Positions 39,067-50,244 are shown, counted from the stretch's first letter. The stretch: DNA of 64,000 nt from Promethearchaeota archaeon (GCA_048938105.1 JBHLMN010000006.1:96001-160000); one strand, 5' to 3'. Translations and numbers: made by a program. Notes: generated by a model not told the origin, from the letters alone.

Positions 39067-39807
39067 TTGCCTCAAATCTCGTTTCAAGAAGTTACTAAAC
39101 AATATCGAATGGGTGAAGTGACTGTAGATGCCCTTCTAAATATAACACTTGATATAGAACCAGGAATATTCGTGGTTTTACTCGGTCCATCGGGTTCGGG
39201 AAAGACAACTCTCTTAAACTTGATTTCAGCGATTGATTTCCCAACTTCAGGAAGAATTCGTATTGAAAATGTTGATATTACCTTTCTCAATCGAAAACAA
39301 AGAGCCCAATTCCGTAGACAGAAGATAGGTTTTATTTTTCAATTCTTCAATCTTTTACCCACTTTAACCGCTTTAGAAAACATTGAATTTGCTTTAGATT
39401 TGGTTGGTGTACCAAACGCAAATGGAAAACGAATATTTAAGAAGAAGAATATTCGTGAAGTTGCTTATGAGTGGCTAGATGCGGTAGGATTAAAGAATCG
39501 TGCTAATCATTTCCCATCGCAATTGAGTGGGGGTGAACAGCAGCGTGTTGCGATTGCACGAGCACTAGCAAAAGATCCTCCAATTATTGTGGCTGATGAA
39601 CCCACGGGGAATCTTGATTATCGTACAGGAGTCTATATTCTTAAGCTAATGAAGGAATTAAACAAACAAACCAATAAAACTTTTGTGCTAGCAACCCATA
39701 ACCGACAGATCTCCAAAATTGCTGATCTTGTTCTCACCATGCAAATGGGGCAAGTGAGTTACTTTGAACAGCGAGAGCCAGAAGATGTGAATAATCTTAT
39801 TTGGTAA
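39067..39807 (+). CDS. ABC transporter ATP-binding protein (LolD/MacB-type)
   Basis: [35 protein letters not shown]. Confidence 0.93.
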   Translation: MPQISFQEVTKQYRMGEVTVDALLNITLDIEPGIFVVLLGPSGSGKTTLLNLISAIDFPTSGRIRIENVDITFLNRKQRAQFRRQKIGFIFQFFNLLPTLTALENIEFALDLVGVPNANGKRIFKKKNIREVAYEWLDAVGLKNRANHFPSQLSGGEQQRVAIARALAKDPPIIVADEPTGNLDYRTGVYILKLMKELNKQTNKTFVLATHNRQISKIADLVLTMQMGQVSYFEQREPEDVNNLIW

Positions 39808-42503
39808 GACTACAATTAAGGACGCTTAAAATGAAGTTTTTAACCCGCATTTGGCTTAAAAAGCTCAAACGAGATATTACTCAACAGAAACTCTTAACTT
39901 TTGCGTTGATTTTACTTTGTTTTTTCGGCACTGGATCATTTTTAGCCTTATCAATGGGTTATGAAAATCTTCATTCATCATATAAGCGCATTTACAGACA
40001 AACAAATTTTGCAGACGCAGAATTTTCCACATATAGTGATACATGGTTCAATACAACAGAACTAAAAGGTGTATTAGACAATTTTACCTTACAACACAAG
40101 GGAAAAATTCAAGCAATCAACTTTCGACTTATTTTAGGAACAGGATACGAAGTTAATACCTCGCAGGGAAGTTCTTATCGACAATTCTTAGCAAATGGTC
40201 GTGTAATTGGGATAAAATGGCCTCAACCTATTGATAATCGTGTTAATGACCTAATTTTCACAAGTGGTTCTTATTCTAATTCTTTTAATCGGAATAATTC
40301 TGTTTTATTAGAGGCACATTTCGCCTCAAAATTCGAGATTAAAAAGGGAGACACTCTTTCAACAAGAATTTTCGACCAAAATTATGATTTTATTGTTCAA
40401 GGTGTTGTTTTCAGTCCCGAGTATCTCGTTATTATTCCATCAAAACATGATTTTCTTCCCACAAGCGTATTTGGAGTAATTTATCTCCCTATTGAGAGAT
40501 TGCAGGCATACTCTAACCTTACTGGATTAGCAAATAATCTAGTTATCAAAATGACCTCAAATGTTACTACAACAACCCGTTATAGAATAATTGAAGAACT
40601 GACTGAATTACTTGATATATTCACAAATGGGATTTTTGCCGCGCCCATAATGCAAGAAGATCAGGTTTCAAATTTAGCCCTTCGTCTCGACCTAGAAACA
40701 TTTGAAGAAGTAGCATTAACTCTTCCAATAATAGTTCTAGGAGTTGCGTCCATCGCAATCTATATTACTTTGGGAAGAACAGTCCAAGGCCAAAAACAGA
40801 ATATTGGAATCGCATCCTGTTTAGGTTATCTACCTAATGACATTCTTTTACACTATATTTGTTTTGCTTTATTGATTGGGGGAATAGGAAGTATGTTAGG
40901 TACTGGTTTTGGAATTATTATCTCAGGTGCGGTTACATGGCTTTATTCGTACTTTATGAGATTTCCCCAAATAATAGAGATACAGATCCAAGTTCATCTA
41001 GTAATTATAGCAATAATAACAGTTTTAGGGGTAAGTATTTTAAGTGGAGCTATTCCTGCTTGGCGTGCTAGCCGATTAACCCCTCGTAACGCTCTTCAAA
41101 CCATGATTATGGTCGAAAAGGGTTCACGTATATTTTTAGAGAGAATATTTTTCATAAAAGCCATCAAGTTACGATTCACCTTACCATTGCGAAATCTTTT
41201 TCGTAAAAAAAAGCGTACTATAGCGACAATAACAGCTCTTGCTGCAGCAGTCTTAATCATCATTGTTTCTTTTGCGTTTATTGACTCGGTTACGTCTGCT
41301 GTAAATCGTCAGTTCAATGAAACTTCTCAGTATGATCTGATAGTAAAGTATGAAGGCATAAACTATTTTGATTTAGGAGTAAAGGATGATGTAGCATATA
41401 TTCAGAGCTTACCAGGAGTTGTAGCTATTGATCCTCTATTACAAATACCCTCAAGAATTGATATCGATGGAAATCAGCAAGAAGTGCTAATTACGGCGTG
41501 GAATAACTCCAATCCTGCTACTCATAGATTCCATTGGTCTTCCTCTCAAGACACGTTATGGCCAAATGATAGTATGGTTGTTTGCTCTGCTCTTGCTCAT
41601 CAGTTCGATATACATGTTGGAAGTACAATTCAATATAAATTGCCATTCATTAAAAATTATGTCAACTGGGCTTATATAAGAGCTGATAACTTATGGAACT
41701 CCTCTATTGTGTTTGGGGTAGAGTACGCCCGAAATAAAACACTAACGTATCTGAAAGATCTGTTAAAATTAAATACAGAAAGTATCTCGTTTTCCCGAAC
41801 CGTAAACGATATTCTTTTTAGTCACCCCTTAATCACTGTTTCAGGAGTCTCAAAAGAAATATGGGGAAGCATGGTTTATACGACTCTTCCAACCATCACA
41901 AGAGAGATGGGTATAGATATATTTAGAACTGGTTTAAACATTGACTTAACACCCTCTTCGCAATTAATTGTGAAAATAAGCCAACCCTCGAATATAACGT
42001 TATTGGAAGAAATTAAAGATTCGATTATATCGCTTAAGGGGATAAGATCAGTCGAATTTGGTTATGATTTTCATCAATCGGTAAACATATTGATGGCTGC
42101 ATTTAATGCCGTTATTGCGGTATTCTTAATTTTTGCATGTTTATTAGCTGGAGCTGCTATCTTTACAACAATCTATGTGAGTTTTCAGGAACGACAACGC
42201 GAAATTGCAACAATGATGGCTCTTGGACTCTCCGATAGAGAGTTCTTGTATATTTTGACGCTTGAGAATCTCTGTCAGGCAATTTTAGGCATTCTTCTTG
42301 GAATTCCTGTTGGTCTTTGGATTTCAGGTTTAATATTAGATAATATTCTTAGGTTATTCTACTTTGAAATCGTCATTCTCCCACTAACGTGGATACTAAT
42401 TTGGGTGGGAGTAATAGGTGTCGTACTGATTTCCCAAATTCCTGCGTACTATTACGCTGTTAAAATCGATTTAACTGTCGTAACTAAAGAGTTGTCTTCC
42501 TAA
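39801..42503 (+). CDS. FtsX/MacB-like ABC permease (duplicated)
   Basis: Two MacB-PCD/FtsX halves; QKQNIGIASCLG and ERQREIATMMALG motifs. Confidence 0.88.
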   Translation: MVRLQLRTLKMKFLTRIWLKKLKRDITQQKLLTFALILLCFFGTGSFLALSMGYENLHSSYKRIYRQTNFADAEFSTYSDTWFNTTELKGVLDNFTLQHKGKIQAINFRLILGTGYEVNTSQGSSYRQFLANGRVIGIKWPQPIDNRVNDLIFTSGSYSNSFNRNNSVLLEAHFASKFEIKKGDTLSTRIFDQNYDFIVQGVVFSPEYLVIIPSKHDFLPTSVFGVIYLPIERLQAYSNLTGLANNLVIKMTSNVTTTTRYRIIEELTELLDIFTNGIFAAPIMQEDQVSNLALRLDLETFEEVALTLPIIVLGVASIAIYITLGRTVQGQKQNIGIASCLGYLPNDILLHYICFALLIGGIGSMLGTGFGIIISGAVTWLYSYFMRFPQIIEIQIQVHLVIIAIITVLGVSILSGAIPAWRASRLTPRNALQTMIMVEKGSRIFLERIFFIKAIKLRFTLPLRNLFRKKKRTIATITALAAAVLIIIVSFAFIDSVTSAVNRQFNETSQYDLIVKYEGINYFDLGVKDDVAYIQSLPGVVAIDPLLQIPSRIDIDGNQQEVLITAWNNSNPATHRFHWSSSQDTLWPNDSMVVCSALAHQFDIHVGSTIQYKLPFIKNYVNWAYIRADNLWNSSIVFGVEYARNKTLTYLKDLLKLNTESISFSRTVNDILFSHPLITVSGVSKEIWGSMVYTTLPTITREMGIDIFRTGLNIDLTPSSQLIVKISQPSNITLLEEIKDSIISLKGIRSVEFGYDFHQSVNILMAAFNAVIAVFLIFACLLAGAAIFTTIYVSFQERQREIATMMALGLSDREFLYILTLENLCQAILGILLGIPVGLWISGLILDNILRLFYFEIVILPLTWILIWVGVIGVVLISQIPAYYYAVKIDLTVVTKELSS

Positions 42504-42519
42504 GAAGTCATACCCGAGG

Positions 42520-43011
42520 TTAGAAACGACCATTTGAGAACTTATCATTCTGAGATTCATGTAAAGAGCGTGAAATCCAACCTGTATTAGCCTTTCGAGA
42601 ATCAAATAGTGGAACATAAGGTTTGATATCTAGTAAAGGAATGGAATCAAGCATATCTACTCCACGAATATTGAGAATGTTTCTTGAGGGATTAAGAGAG
42701 AATACTTCCACTATCGAGATAGCAATTGGATTTGGGCGAAGAGGAGCTCTTGTGAAGAAAATACCCCGTTCTTCCTCATCTAAAAAAGGAATAATCTTCA
42801 ATTTCACCTCATTTGCTCTATGAAAATAATAGATTAATTGGAGATGGGTAAAATCCTCCAAATCATCTAATCCCTTAACATATTAAGAAAAGATTTCAAT
42901 CCAACCCTCCGCATTAGAGTAACAGGATTGAATGGGGGTTCCTTCTTTTTCTTTAAACGGTGTTCAAATATACCCAATAACCTTAAATTAGACAATTTGT
43001 GAATTTTCCAT
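42520..43011 (-). pseudogene. trmO: tRNA m6t6A37 methyltransferase TrmO (TsaA) pseudogene with three in-frame stops
   Basis: From ATG 43011 (GAGGT SD): MENSQIV*FKVIGYI*TPFKEKEGTPIQ...IEIFS*YVKGLDDLEDFTHL...GIFFTRAPLRPNPIA...PLLDIKPY. Stops at 42988-42990, 42964-42966 and 42883-42885. Confidence 0.85.
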
Positions 43012-43042
43012 TCTATTACCTCGTTTCTAACAGAATAAGAGG

Positions 43043-43855
43043 TTAGATTCCATCAATGTCTATTTCATGTGGTTCAAAGAGTTTTCGTCCCTCCATACCA
43101 CCCGCTACGGTTATGATTTGACCTGAAATGTGACTTGCAAGCCTATCTGAAGAGAGAAACACAACAATCCTTGCAATATCCTCCGAGCGAGCCAATTTCC
43201 GAAGTGGCATTGTTTGAAGCGCACTTCGAACACTTTCATGATCTTTCAAGAATTCTTCAGTCATTGGAGTAATAGTCCAGCCTGGTGCTACAATGTTAAC
43301 TCTTCCACGAGACGCGATATGAATTATTTCATTTTTTAATGAAAGCATTAATCCATGGAGACCCGATTTTGATACAGCGTAATCCGCATGTCCTGCTTCT
43401 CCAAATACTCCAGCAGTGCTGCCAATGAAGACAATACTAGCAGATTTTTTAGGAAAGGTGACTAGATTTTGTATAAATTGTTTACTACACATAAAAGCCG
43501 CACGAAGATTGATTGCTATAGTTTTATCCCATTTTTCTAGTGCCATTTCATGAACAGGAACAGATTTTCCTGGCCAGATACCATGGTTTACCACAAGACG
43601 ATCTATCCGTCCATAAGTGTCAATACTGTCTTGAAAAAGCTTTTCAGTTTGTGATTCTGAGGACAAATCGGCTTGAAGTAAGCAATGATCGCCTACTAAT
43701 TCTGAACTAAATTTTAAAATCTGTTCTTTATTTTTATTATAATGAAGAGAAAGGCAGCAGCCTTCTTCATCAAATAGCTGAGCAATTGCTTGCCCAATAC
43801 CTCCACTTGACCCAGTTATTAAAACATGCTCACCATTGAGTCCTGAATCCACCAC
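43043..43855 (-). CDS. Short-chain dehydrogenase/reductase
   Basis: TGSSGGIG, VVNHG, YAVSK, VNIVAPG. Confidence 0.9.
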   Translation of the reverse strand: MVDSGLNGEHVLITGSSGGIGQAIAQLFDEEGCCLSLHYNKNKEQILKFSSELVGDHCLLQADLSSESQTEKLFQDSIDTYGRIDRLVVNHGIWPGKSVPVHEMALEKWDKTIAINLRAAFMCSKQFIQNLVTFPKKSASIVFIGSTAGVFGEAGHADYAVSKSGLHGLMLSLKNEIIHIASRGRVNIVAPGWTITPMTEEFLKDHESVRSALQTMPLRKLARSEDIARIVVFLSSDRLASHISGQIITVAGGMEGRKLFEPHEIDIDGI

Positions 43856-43933
43856 GAATCACCTAGGAAATTCTTAATTTACTATTCTAATAACTGTAGT
43901 TAATTTTCCCAACTTTCGTTTTAATCCTTCTTA

Positions 43934-44737
43934 TTAGGGATTATCTATAGATAGATCGGAAATTATTGGCCAATGATCTGATGGAAAAATAGAGGGATCT
44001 TTTCCGGGATTATCATGAATAATTTGAGTGTTTTGAATTTTAATAGAGCTATTGACCCATATATAATCAATGATAGATCTACCATTCCATGATAGAATGG
44101 ATCTTTTCTTTCCTTTAAATCCATGAGCTGTAACAGCCCACCGGAATTTTTTATCCTGAATACTGTAAGTTTCGCGAAGATATTGACTTAATTTCAGATA
44201 TTCTTCCGAATTCCTTCCAAAGTTTAGGTCTCCACTCAATATTATTGGTTGATTAGGAGAATAGTTATCTATTTTTGAAATCACTAGTGAAATGCTCTTC
44301 AATCTTATCGAAGATTTTGTATTTTCAAAGTGTGTATTATAGACAGCAAATGGTATGTCATTTATAAAATTAATCCATGTACAAATTCTAAATAATCCTC
44401 CCCAAGTATTAGAACATGTATTGGGCGTATCACTTAACCAAAATGTCCCACTATTCTTGATTTCAAGCTCACGATAAAAGATAGGACAAAATTCTCCTGC
44501 TCGTATCCCATCATCCCGCCCAACCCCTTCGTACTTATATTCAGGGAGATTATTATTTAGAAACTCGAGTTGGTCTTCATAAACCTCCTGAAATCCAATT
44601 ATATCAGGTTTATATTTTTTAATTATCTTTAAAACCCTATTTTTACGGTTTAACCAAATATTTTTAGGATTTGAATAGTCACGGGAATTTTTTATATTAA
44701 AAGTCATTATACGAATTTTTTTCCCCAAAATTATCAC
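43934..44737 (-). CDS. Endonuclease/exonuclease/phosphatase (EEP) family protein
   Basis: MTFNI, GFQE, NTHF, GDLN, IDYI, SDHWP. Confidence 0.9.
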   Translation of the reverse strand: MIILGKKIRIMTFNIKNSRDYSNPKNIWLNRKNRVLKIIKKYKPDIIGFQEVYEDQLEFLNNNLPEYKYEGVGRDDGIRAGEFCPIFYRELEIKNSGTFWLSDTPNTCSNTWGGLFRICTWINFINDIPFAVYNTHFENTKSSIRLKSISLVISKIDNYSPNQPIILSGDLNFGRNSEEYLKLSQYLRETYSIQDKKFRWAVTAHGFKGKKRSILSWNGRSIIDYIWVNSSIKIQNTQIIHDNPGKDPSIFPSDHWPIISDLSIDNP

Positions 44738-44920
44738 TTTTTTTCAGGATTCACAATGAATTAGTAGCATTTATTTAAAAGAATGGATGTGATTTTTTCA
44801 AAAAATGAAATTTTAAGAAGAAATAACTTGAAAGCACCTGTACGAGTTCAGATGCTGTCCATTGTTAATTATTACTTAAATTGATAACTATATTCTAGTA
44901 TTAATTCTTGGTTGTCCATT

Positions 44921-45976
44921 TTAGTAGATCGAAATCTCAAAAAATGACTGAAGATTTGTGATCAGTGTATAAGCCTGTGTTATCGCTTCTCTAGTTTCAT
45001 TACAGGTAATGGTTAAGTTGATTTCTCCCTTTTTGGGTGATTCTACCTTGACAAGGGCTGTACCTAAAGAAGACAACCGATATGATATTTCACTCTTTTG
45101 TTTAATTCCAGTAATGATTTTTTCATCCCCAGTTATGGTAATTTCTTGCCATAGATCATCCCATGATGGTTCTCTTGGTTTTCCGGTAATTTTCAGCTCA
45201 AGGGAAACTTTAGGAAGATTTGGTTGTTTTAGACTCCCATTCATAACAATTTGATTATTGTTAAATCTCACTTTAATTTCCTTCATTGACCCAGAATATG
45301 GAATAAGACGAACAACAAGATCAGTATTACTTTGGTCAAAGATCATATCTTGAACACGATACTGAATGGAAGATAACTTGAATCGTATATCAGCAGTTAC
45401 GAATTCTCTAGGTGGTTTTGCATCAACTGCTTCCTTAAAAACTTTTAAGTTGGATTTAACAGCATTTAGGTCAAAATTTGACCTTCTTGATATCTCTGGA
45501 CCTAGTTTTGATAACGGGAGATCAGGAGTTAATTCAACAGATCCTTTAGAAATAATTCTTTGTTCCATTCTAGGAATTTCTTTTTGAGTAATTGATGTTA
45601 TTCTATGGGGATATTCTCTCCTTACCCAAATCCGAAGCCAAATAAATGAAGTGATTAAAATGGTTGGTAATCCTAACACGACAAAACCGATTATAAGCAA
45701 CTCTATAGGATCCATTGATCCAAATGTAATCGTATATCCCATAAAATTGAATACAAACTGGAATACGTAAAAAATATAAAAAATATAAAACATAGCAAAA
45801 ACTAAACCTACTCTTAACCAAAATGGGCCTTTCCCCCAAACTATCCTTTCAATAAACTGGTCAAAACTATTCACATTTCTAATTAGAAGATCAGGATACC
45901 ATCTTTCTGATTCCTTATTGTATGGTTGTCTCTCTGACTTATCATTATTATTGCTATGGGGCTTTCTTTCAGACAT
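44921..45976 (-). CDS. Hypothetical membrane protein (2 TM plus soluble domain)
   Basis: 351-aa ORF; third gene of a co-oriented cluster. Confidence 0.65.
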   Translation of the reverse strand: MSERKPHSNNNDKSERQPYNKESERWYPDLLIRNVNSFDQFIERIVWGKGPFWLRVGLVFAMFYIFYIFYVFQFVFNFMGYTITFGSMDPIELLIIGFVVLGLPTILITSFIWLRIWVRREYPHRITSITQKEIPRMEQRIISKGSVELTPDLPLSKLGPEISRRSNFDLNAVKSNLKVFKEAVDAKPPREFVTADIRFKLSSIQYRVQDMIFDQSNTDLVVRLIPYSGSMKEIKVRFNNNQIVMNGSLKQPNLPKVSLELKITGKPREPSWDDLWQEITITGDEKIITGIKQKSEISYRLSSLGTALVKVESPKKGEINLTITCNETREAITQAYTLITNLQSFFEISIY

Positions 45977-46005
45977 TCCATCATTCAGCTTAGCTATTGT
46001 TCTGA

Positions 46006-49000
46006 TCAGTTGATATTGGCTGCATTTTCATCCAGTTTGGTTCCACAATGATAACAAAATCGACTTTTTTCTGGGACAATGTCCTTACCGCAAGAAGGAC
46101 ATCGTTTACCCAATCTCTCTTTATCTTCTTCACTTGGTACTAGAATTTCATTATCTGTTATGTCAAGTTCGAATAATTTCTCCGGAGAGACGCCCATTTC
46201 TATAATAAAGACTTCTCTTAACTTTTTAAGATAAGAGTAAAAGGATTCTTCACTTATTTCTCCATAATCTAGATGTAGGGCCCGTTTACGATAATACTCC
46301 TTCTTATATTCCTCCCATTTTTCGTGCTTCTCTTTTGTAACTATCGATTTATCAGCAAAGATAGTGTCAAATCTCTCTATAACTTTTATTAGAGGAATCT
46401 TTACTTTTTTTAGAATCGTCACATCATCTATAACTTGCTGAGCGGGGCGAGTCTCAATTCTTTTAACCATAGCTCTGATTGCATCATCCTGATGATCTCG
46501 AAAATTCTTTACAACTTCGATTGTCTTTGGTGAAAGAGTATGTCTCTTTTCAAGCTGGTTAAGTAAATAGTTAATTCTTCCGACGTAACTGTGCTTTAGA
46601 GTTTTCAGTTCATTTATAATTTTTAATTCCTCTTGATCCAATTTAGCATCTTTTAGAACAATTTTATCTTTCGTAGTTGTTTGCTTTTCATCTTCTGTTT
46701 TTTTATCTTCATCTGGAAATAGTTCTTCTATTACTGCAGATGGTTCTGTTTGTGAATCAGGGACTGATTTTTTCGTTTTCCTTAGTGATTCCTTTGCCTC
46801 AATAGCATAATCAATATCTACGTCCTCTAATTCAAATAAATTTTCAGAAGGAGTACCTATTTCCGTAACAAGGAATTCCCTTAGCTTTATAAGATAGGAA
46901 AAGAAGGATCTTTGACTAGTTTCTCCATAATCTAGATGTAGGGCCCGTTGACGATAGTACTCCTTCTTATGTTCCTCCCATCTTTTTCGTTTCTCATTTG
47001 AAACTATTGATTCATTAGCAAAGAGAGTATCAATTCTCTCTACAACTTTTGTTAGAGGAATCTTTTCTTTGGTTATTTTGGGTTTCTTTATTATTGAACT
47101 TATGAATGCTAGCGTCTTCTCAAGAGCTTGTTTCTCATCATCTTGCAACTTTTTAGTATCAAATCCCTGTAAAAACTTCTGGGAACGGTTTAACATACTC
47201 TGAAAAATTCCCTCGCTTAAATTAGAGTTTAAATACAGGTCTATCTGTTCAACAAACCAGGTTCTCCACTCGCTGATTTCTTTGTCAGCTGTAACTAAAG
47301 TTTGATTTACCTTTAATACCTCTTTCAAGAGCTCGTAAACAGTTTTCTCTACAACCACACCTTCCTGAGGGCTCTCTGTTATTGGTTTTATGTATCTAGT
47401 GAGTATAGCATCAATAAGAGCGCGTATCTCATCCAGGACTCGCATCTCATCAACTTGTAACTCATGAAAGTCTAAGAGATATTGTTTTTGGTATCGTTTT
47501 AACATCTCTTCATATCTACCTGCATTTATCTCTGCATTTTGATAACGATCAGTCTGTCGAAAAAACCAATTATTCCATTCTTGATGATGAGGTGTTTTAA
47601 GTGTTTGATTAAGTTTTAATACCTTCTCTTGTAATTTCGAAATGATTGATTCCATATCCGTAATTTCTGGAGTGACCTGAACCTCCAGTACTGTTTCTTT
47701 AAGTGTAGTATCCCAAGAAGGACGTTTTGCAACTTTTGATTCTCTTCTTGGCGTTTTTCTTATTTTTCTCCTTCTTTCTTTCTCAGGAAGTAGTCTCTCT
47801 TTTTGTTGATGGATTGTCTTTAATAGGTCATACAGGAAGGTGTTAATCTCTTCGTATTCCAATACCTCATCAGGTTGCATATCCTCAATATTGATTTTTA
47901 ATAACGATTCTCCAGAATATCGTAACATCCTTTCAAAAGTACCTAAGTCTATTTTACCTTGCCGATATCGTGTAATTCTCCCAAGCAGCGACCTATGCCA
48001 CTCATATATTTGTTTGTTTGAGTTAGCTAACCTCTGACTTACTTCTAACATTTTCTCAAGGAGCTTAGAGGTTTCTTTTCCTATAATAATGGATTTCTGA
48101 GGAGGTGAAATCTCATCGAAGGGCTTAGATTCAATGAATTCAGAAGATTCTATTGACTGATATTCGTAGAAAGAAAAAGCTCCAGCTTCCAACGCTTTTT
48201 GGTAAGTTTGAAAGTCAGGGAATCCCCCTTTTCGGATTTTCATGACAATTTCAAAATCAGGTGCCTGATAATGATCAATTTCTTCCAACTCGGAATAGTT
48301 TGATGCTCCTAGGTCTTGTGCTCGTGTATAGCTTGAATAGTCAGGAAATTTCCCCCTTTTCATTTTTTGTGCAATTTCAAGATTAGGAGCTTGTAAATCT
48401 TGAACTAGTTGATATTCACTGAAAGATGATGCCCCAACCTCCTGAGCTTTTTGGAAGGCTAGAAAGCTAGGAAATCGCCCTTTTCGGATTTTCATGACGG
48501 TATCAATATCGGGAGCTTGAAAACGATCAAGATCTTGTAACTCAGAGTAATTGAGTGCTCCCAAGTCTTGTCCCCGTTTAAAGCTTGAATAGTCAGGAAA
48601 CTTCCCCCTTTTCATCTTTTGCGCTATTTCATAATTGGGGGCTTGTAACTGATCTATGAACTTCAGTTCTGAGTAGTTTGGTGCTCCTAGGTCTTGTGCT
48701 CGTGTATAACTTGGATAATCAGGAAAGTTGCTTTTTTGAACTCTAATTGCAGTCTCTAAATCTGGTGCATGTAAGTCATCAACTAAATGAAATTCTAATA
48801 CATTTGAAGCTCCGACTCCTAGAGCTTTTTGAAAAGTAATATAATGAGCAAATCCACCTTTTTTGATTTTATCAGCTGTTTCACGATCGGGGGCTCCAAG
48901 ACGTTCAATGAATTCCAATTCGGAGAATGTTCGGACACCTACGTCTTGCGCTCGCTGATATGATTTATAATCAGGAAATTTTCCTTCCTTGATAGCTTTT

Positions 49001-50244
49001 TCTTCGATAATTGAAACTGTAGCAACATCAAGATCTTTGGTCGGGGTTTTTGGTTCTTTTACTTCTATCGCAAGTTCTTCTTCTTGTGCAAGTTTACCTA
49101 CATAAGTGGGTTTACCTTCTATTCCAACCCAGCTATTGAATCCACAAAATGGACAGGGCGGATCTACCATTCCTTTAATTTCCATAAGAGATTCAAATTC
49201 TCTTTTCTCAACTCCTCTGAGGCAACGAGAGCAAAAGATCGCCTCATTATGTTTTATTTTCGTTCCTGATAACATAGAATAAGCACTTATTGTCTTTTGT
49301 AACACAAAGTTTCTCGTATTAGTCGTTATTTTCGCTATCCGCTCCTTATAAGGATAGATGACTCCAAGGAAGAAGAAGAAAGCGATAATTATGAGAATTT
49401 CTAATTTAATAAGAACTGGGTCTACATCAGGGATAGGAAGATCTATCAAAGCGATAATAGCGATAACAGCAATCAACCCGATCCAATGTAAATTATTCCA
49501 TACGCCATAAAATGATTTTTTTAGTGTTTGTCCGATAACAATCAAGCTGGTTTCAAGAATGTTCACGATTGAACCAAAAACCATGCTAAGAAACTTTTTA
49601 ACGCGGGCTGGTAAATTTTTAAGGCCCCGACCAAGATATCTGAAAAATCCACCGACTGTAGTTTTTATTAATTGCCAAAGAGTTGAGAAAAAGGCAACAT
49701 ATTCGAAGTTTCTCACTCTATACCAGAGAATAGTAAAAAGGTTAACAATTTTGTCATCAAGATCTGTACGGTGGGAAGTGAATCCAATAATTGTTATGAT
49801 TCCACCAATAAGCTCTATAATGAAGAGTAATTCAAATTCCAAATCTATGAAAGGGAAAATGAGAAGAGGTAAAAACATTATAAAAACGCCAAGATAGGCA
49901 ATAATCGCTCCCAATGCCCCCCATTCAGAATAATCTCTCCATCGAAGAACATCTAATACTATCCCAAAAAATAAAATAAGGCCTGTGACACCAAAAAGTG
50001 CAATTGCATATTTTCCACCCGCTAATTCTTGCCTTGCAAGGCCAAGAGACACTGTGGCTAGTATAGCTAATACAAAGAGACTTGTTCCAATCAAGGTCAA
50101 TTTTGAGAAAGAAACTATCTCTGAAAAAGACGCTTTTTTGAACGTCTTTCTTTCTTTCTTCACTTCCTTTATCTCCTTAGATTCATTGACAAATGAATCG
50201 TCCTTAGACCCTTTTTCTGGAATACTTGTTTTATCTGAATTCAT
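46006..50244 (-). CDS. Giant membrane-anchored repeat protein with two Zn-ribbons
   Basis: N-terminal TMs; CSRC...CPFC; 42-aa repeats; helical repeats; C-terminal CPSCG...FCYHCG. Confidence 0.75.
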   Translation of the reverse strand: MNSDKTSIPEKGSKDDSFVNESKEIKEVKKERKTFKKASFSEIVSFSKLTLIGTSLFVLAILATVSLGLARQELAGGKYAIALFGVTGLILFFGIVLDVLRWRDYSEWGALGAIIAYLGVFIMFLPLLIFPFIDLEFELLFIIELIGGIITIIGFTSHRTDLDDKIVNLFTILWYRVRNFEYVAFFSTLWQLIKTTVGGFFRYLGRGLKNLPARVKKFLSMVFGSIVNILETSLIVIGQTLKKSFYGVWNNLHWIGLIAVIAIIALIDLPIPDVDPVLIKLEILIIIAFFFFLGVIYPYKERIAKITTNTRNFVLQKTISAYSMLSGTKIKHNEAIFCSRCLRGVEKREFESLMEIKGMVDPPCPFCGFNSWVGIEGKPTYVGKLAQEEELAIEVKEPKTPTKDLDVATVSIIEEKAIKEGKFPDYKSYQRAQDVGVRTFSELEFIERLGAPDRETADKIKKGGFAHYITFQKALGVGASNVLEFHLVDDLHAPDLETAIRVQKSNFPDYPSYTRAQDLGAPNYSELKFIDQLQAPNYEIAQKMKRGKFPDYSSFKRGQDLGALNYSELQDLDRFQAPDIDTVMKIRKGRFPSFLAFQKAQEVGASSFSEYQLVQDLQAPNLEIAQKMKRGKFPDYSSYTRAQDLGASNYSELEEIDHYQAPDFEIVMKIRKGGFPDFQTYQKALEAGAFSFYEYQSIESSEFIESKPFDEISPPQKSIIIGKETSKLLEKMLEVSQRLANSNKQIYEWHRSLLGRITRYRQGKIDLGTFERMLRYSGESLLKINIEDMQPDEVLEYEEINTFLYDLLKTIHQQKERLLPEKERRRKIRKTPRRESKVAKRPSWDTTLKETVLEVQVTPEITDMESIISKLQEKVLKLNQTLKTPHHQEWNNWFFRQTDRYQNAEINAGRYEEMLKRYQKQYLLDFHELQVDEMRVLDEIRALIDAILTRYIKPITESPQEGVVVEKTVYELLKEVLKVNQTLVTADKEISEWRTWFVEQIDLYLNSNLSEGIFQSMLNRSQKFLQGFDTKKLQDDEKQALEKTLAFISSIIKKPKITKEKIPLTKVVERIDTLFANESIVSNEKRKRWEEHKKEYYRQRALHLDYGETSQRSFFSYLIKLREFLVTEIGTPSENLFELEDVDIDYAIEAKESLRKTKKSVPDSQTEPSAVIEELFPDEDKKTEDEKQTTTKDKIVLKDAKLDQEELKIINELKTLKHSYVGRINYLLNQLEKRHTLSPKTIEVVKNFRDHQDDAIRAMVKRIETRPAQQVIDDVTILKKVKIPLIKVIERFDTIFADKSIVTKEKHEKWEEYKKEYYRKRALHLDYGEISEESFYSYLKKLREVFIIEMGVSPEKLFELDITDNEILVPSEEDKERLGKRCPSCGKDIVPEKSRFCYHCGTKLDENAANIN
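48150..48987 (-). repeat. About 6.7 copies of a 42-aa (3x14) coding repeat GKFPDYxSYxRAQDLGAxNYSELxxIDxLQAPxxEIAxKxKR
   Basis: Visible in the translation and as near-identical DNA segments. Confidence 0.85.

Noticed and set aside
19353-43011. Alternative genetic code (stop-codon reassignment) suggested by the in-frame stops
   Set aside because: TAA, TAG and TGA all end intact genes throughout the window; only two genes are interrupted.
48150-48987. Periodic DNA repeats here and at 17500-18190 and 20800-22180 as CRISPR or mobile-element repeats
   Set aside because: All are in-frame coding repeats with codon-level divergence; no unique spacers, cas genes or transposases.
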